32,000 nt of DNA from Candidatus Saccharimonadota bacterium (lineage in GTDB: Bacteria > Patescibacteriota > Gracilibacteria > BD1-5 > UBA6164), in the NCBI GenBank assembly GCA_965229705.1, contig OZ245922.1, forward strand, positions 840,001-872,000, read 5' to 3'. Shown here piece by piece: positions 31,540 to 32,000 of this stretch. How positions within the stretch are numbered: the first letter of the stretch is position 1; each line of letters begins with the position of its first letter. The position numbers and the translations under genes are program-made. The notes beneath the pieces are model-generated. The model saw only the letters and a program-made list of their open reading frames with translations. It was not told the origin of the DNA and did no database searches.

Positions 31540-31646
31540 AAAATATATTTTTAAGTGAAAATCTATATAAGTCACTTAAGGAGACTCTGAAAAATAGAAA
31601 AATCATCTTCTCCAAAATCTCTCAAGTACTCGAGAGAGTTTTTTTA
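31540..31646 (+). ncRNA. Candidate small RNA (about 105 nt) carrying 29-nt box copy B
   Basis: Predicted start after the 31528 -10 element. Hairpin ttaagtga(31551-58)/tcacttaa(31572-79), the 29-nt box at 31576-31604, then terminator tctctc-aagtactc-gagaga plus gttttttt (31618-31646). No ATG-initiated ORF. Confidence 0.3.
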
Positions 31647-31662
31647 TTGTAAAAATAGGTTT

Positions 31663-31692
31663 TTGTATACAATGTAAACATTAGTGTATAAT
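31663..31692 (+). promoter_or_regulatory. Candidate promoter/operator of the toxin-antitoxin pair
   Basis: TTGTAT (31663-31668), 18-nt spacer, TATAAT (31687-31692). The -35 lies inside the palindrome TTGTATACAA. The -10 ends 10 nt before ATG 31703, which implies a near-leaderless mRNA. Confidence 0.4.
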
Positions 31693-31702
31693 TTTTAATG
31701 AA

Positions 31703-31945
31703 ATGAACCCAGCAAAAGACACCGTTGTATCTTTTCGTATTCCTGCAGAAAAAAAGCAATTTCTTACAAAAATAGCAAAAGAGTATAAAAGAACCCCAGC
31801 TTCACTTATGCAGCAAGGACTGGACTATGTATTTGAAAATTATGAGATGGAAAACTCTATAACTCTTGCGAAAAGAGTAGAAGAATCACGAAAAAGTAAG
31901 ACTATTCCTGCTCAGCAAGTATATGAAGAACTCGGGTTGTTATAG
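31703..31945 (+). CDS. Type II antitoxin, ribbon-helix-helix type (RelB/DinJ/ParD-like)
   Basis: 80 aa. N-terminal VSFRIPAEKKQFLTKIAKEYKRTPASLMQQGL fits a beta-strand plus two helices RHH fold. Its stop lies 2 nt before the next ATG. Confidence 0.6.
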   Translation: MNPAKDTVVSFRIPAEKKQFLTKIAKEYKRTPASLMQQGLDYVFENYEMENSITLAKRVEESRKSKTIPAQQVYEELGLL

Positions 31946-31947
31946 CG

Positions 31948-32000
31948 ATGTGGAAATTGCAGTATACAGATAAGTCAAAAGACGATTTTAGGAGAATTGA
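31948..32000 (+). CDS. Probable RelE/ParE-family toxin, 5' fragment truncated by the window edge
   Basis: MWKLQYTDKSKDDFRRI resembles RelE/ParE N-termini (xYxIxFTxxAxKDLKKL) and is tightly coupled to the antitoxin. Only 17 codons are visible. Confidence 0.45.
   Translation, partial: MWKLQYTDKSKDDFRRI

Noticed and set aside
1-32000. Fragmented ORFs of conserved genes could mean a pseudogene-rich, decaying genome or poor sequence quality.
   Set aside because: All interruptions are TGA only. The fragments always stay in the same frame, TAA and TAG never interrupt, and the TGA positions coincide with conserved glycines. This is codon reassignment, not decay.
1-32000. UGA=Trp (table 4, Mollicutes-like), given the low GC content.
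   Set aside because: UGA aligns with invariant Gly in P-loops and other motifs (GKSGGGKS, GMGELHL, GTDTGGS, RYYGG context, RPGAR). Trp is encoded by TGG at conserved W positions, for example TMDWMEQE in EF-G.
1-32000. Looked for tRNA, rRNA, CRISPR arrays, transposases and integrases.
   Set aside because: I saw no T-arm GGTTCGAAT-type cloverleaf candidates outside coding regions, no regularly spaced direct repeats, and no recognisable recombinase motifs in any table-25 frame. This visual scan cannot exclude short or degenerate elements.

Overview
AT-rich 32-kb chromosomal window from a bacterium that reads UGA as glycine (translation table 25, Gracilibacteria/Absconditabacteria-type, CPR/Patescibacteria). 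The supplied six-frame track assumes the standard code, so it splits almost every real gene into fragments. When TGA is read as Gly, the fragments join into 28 intact gene models, and every one ends in TAA or TAG. In-frame TGA falls on invariant glycines: [17 protein letters not shown]41 peptidase DLRDNGGGYL, EF-G GMGELHL and IVGGVIP, GatA GTDTGGSIRQPA, RNase Y RPGAR, Lgt GAFLGGQVYGR, and a Walker A GKSGGGKS. Housekeeping genes on the + strand are an S41 peptidase, glyA, a WecA/MraY-family transferase, fmt, an ABC-2 permease, prmC, fusA, an AAA/DUF4143 ATPase, rny, efp, lgt, comEC and mutL. On the - strand are gatA and rplS. There are four accessory features. (1) A minus-strand type-IV-secretion-like locus (25711-31437) holds a 941-aa VirD4/TraG-like coupling-type ATPase followed by three pilin genes. 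Two of those genes each carry three concatenated T4SS-pilin modules, giving seven modules in total. (2) A type IV prepilin is fused to a C-terminal FISUMP (Fibrobacter paralogous) domain. (3) An HExxH-motif peptide-modification-like gene follows two small same-frame ORFs. (4) A RelB/RelE-like toxin-antitoxin pair sits at the right edge. Noncoding signals include an 89-nt structured element in two copies (5506-5594 and 17691-17779). Its substitutions keep base pairing only on the + strand. There is also a 29-nt box in two copies, and several intrinsic terminators share an AACCCCGGGGTT stem. I found no rRNA, tRNA, CRISPR array, transposase or integrase.
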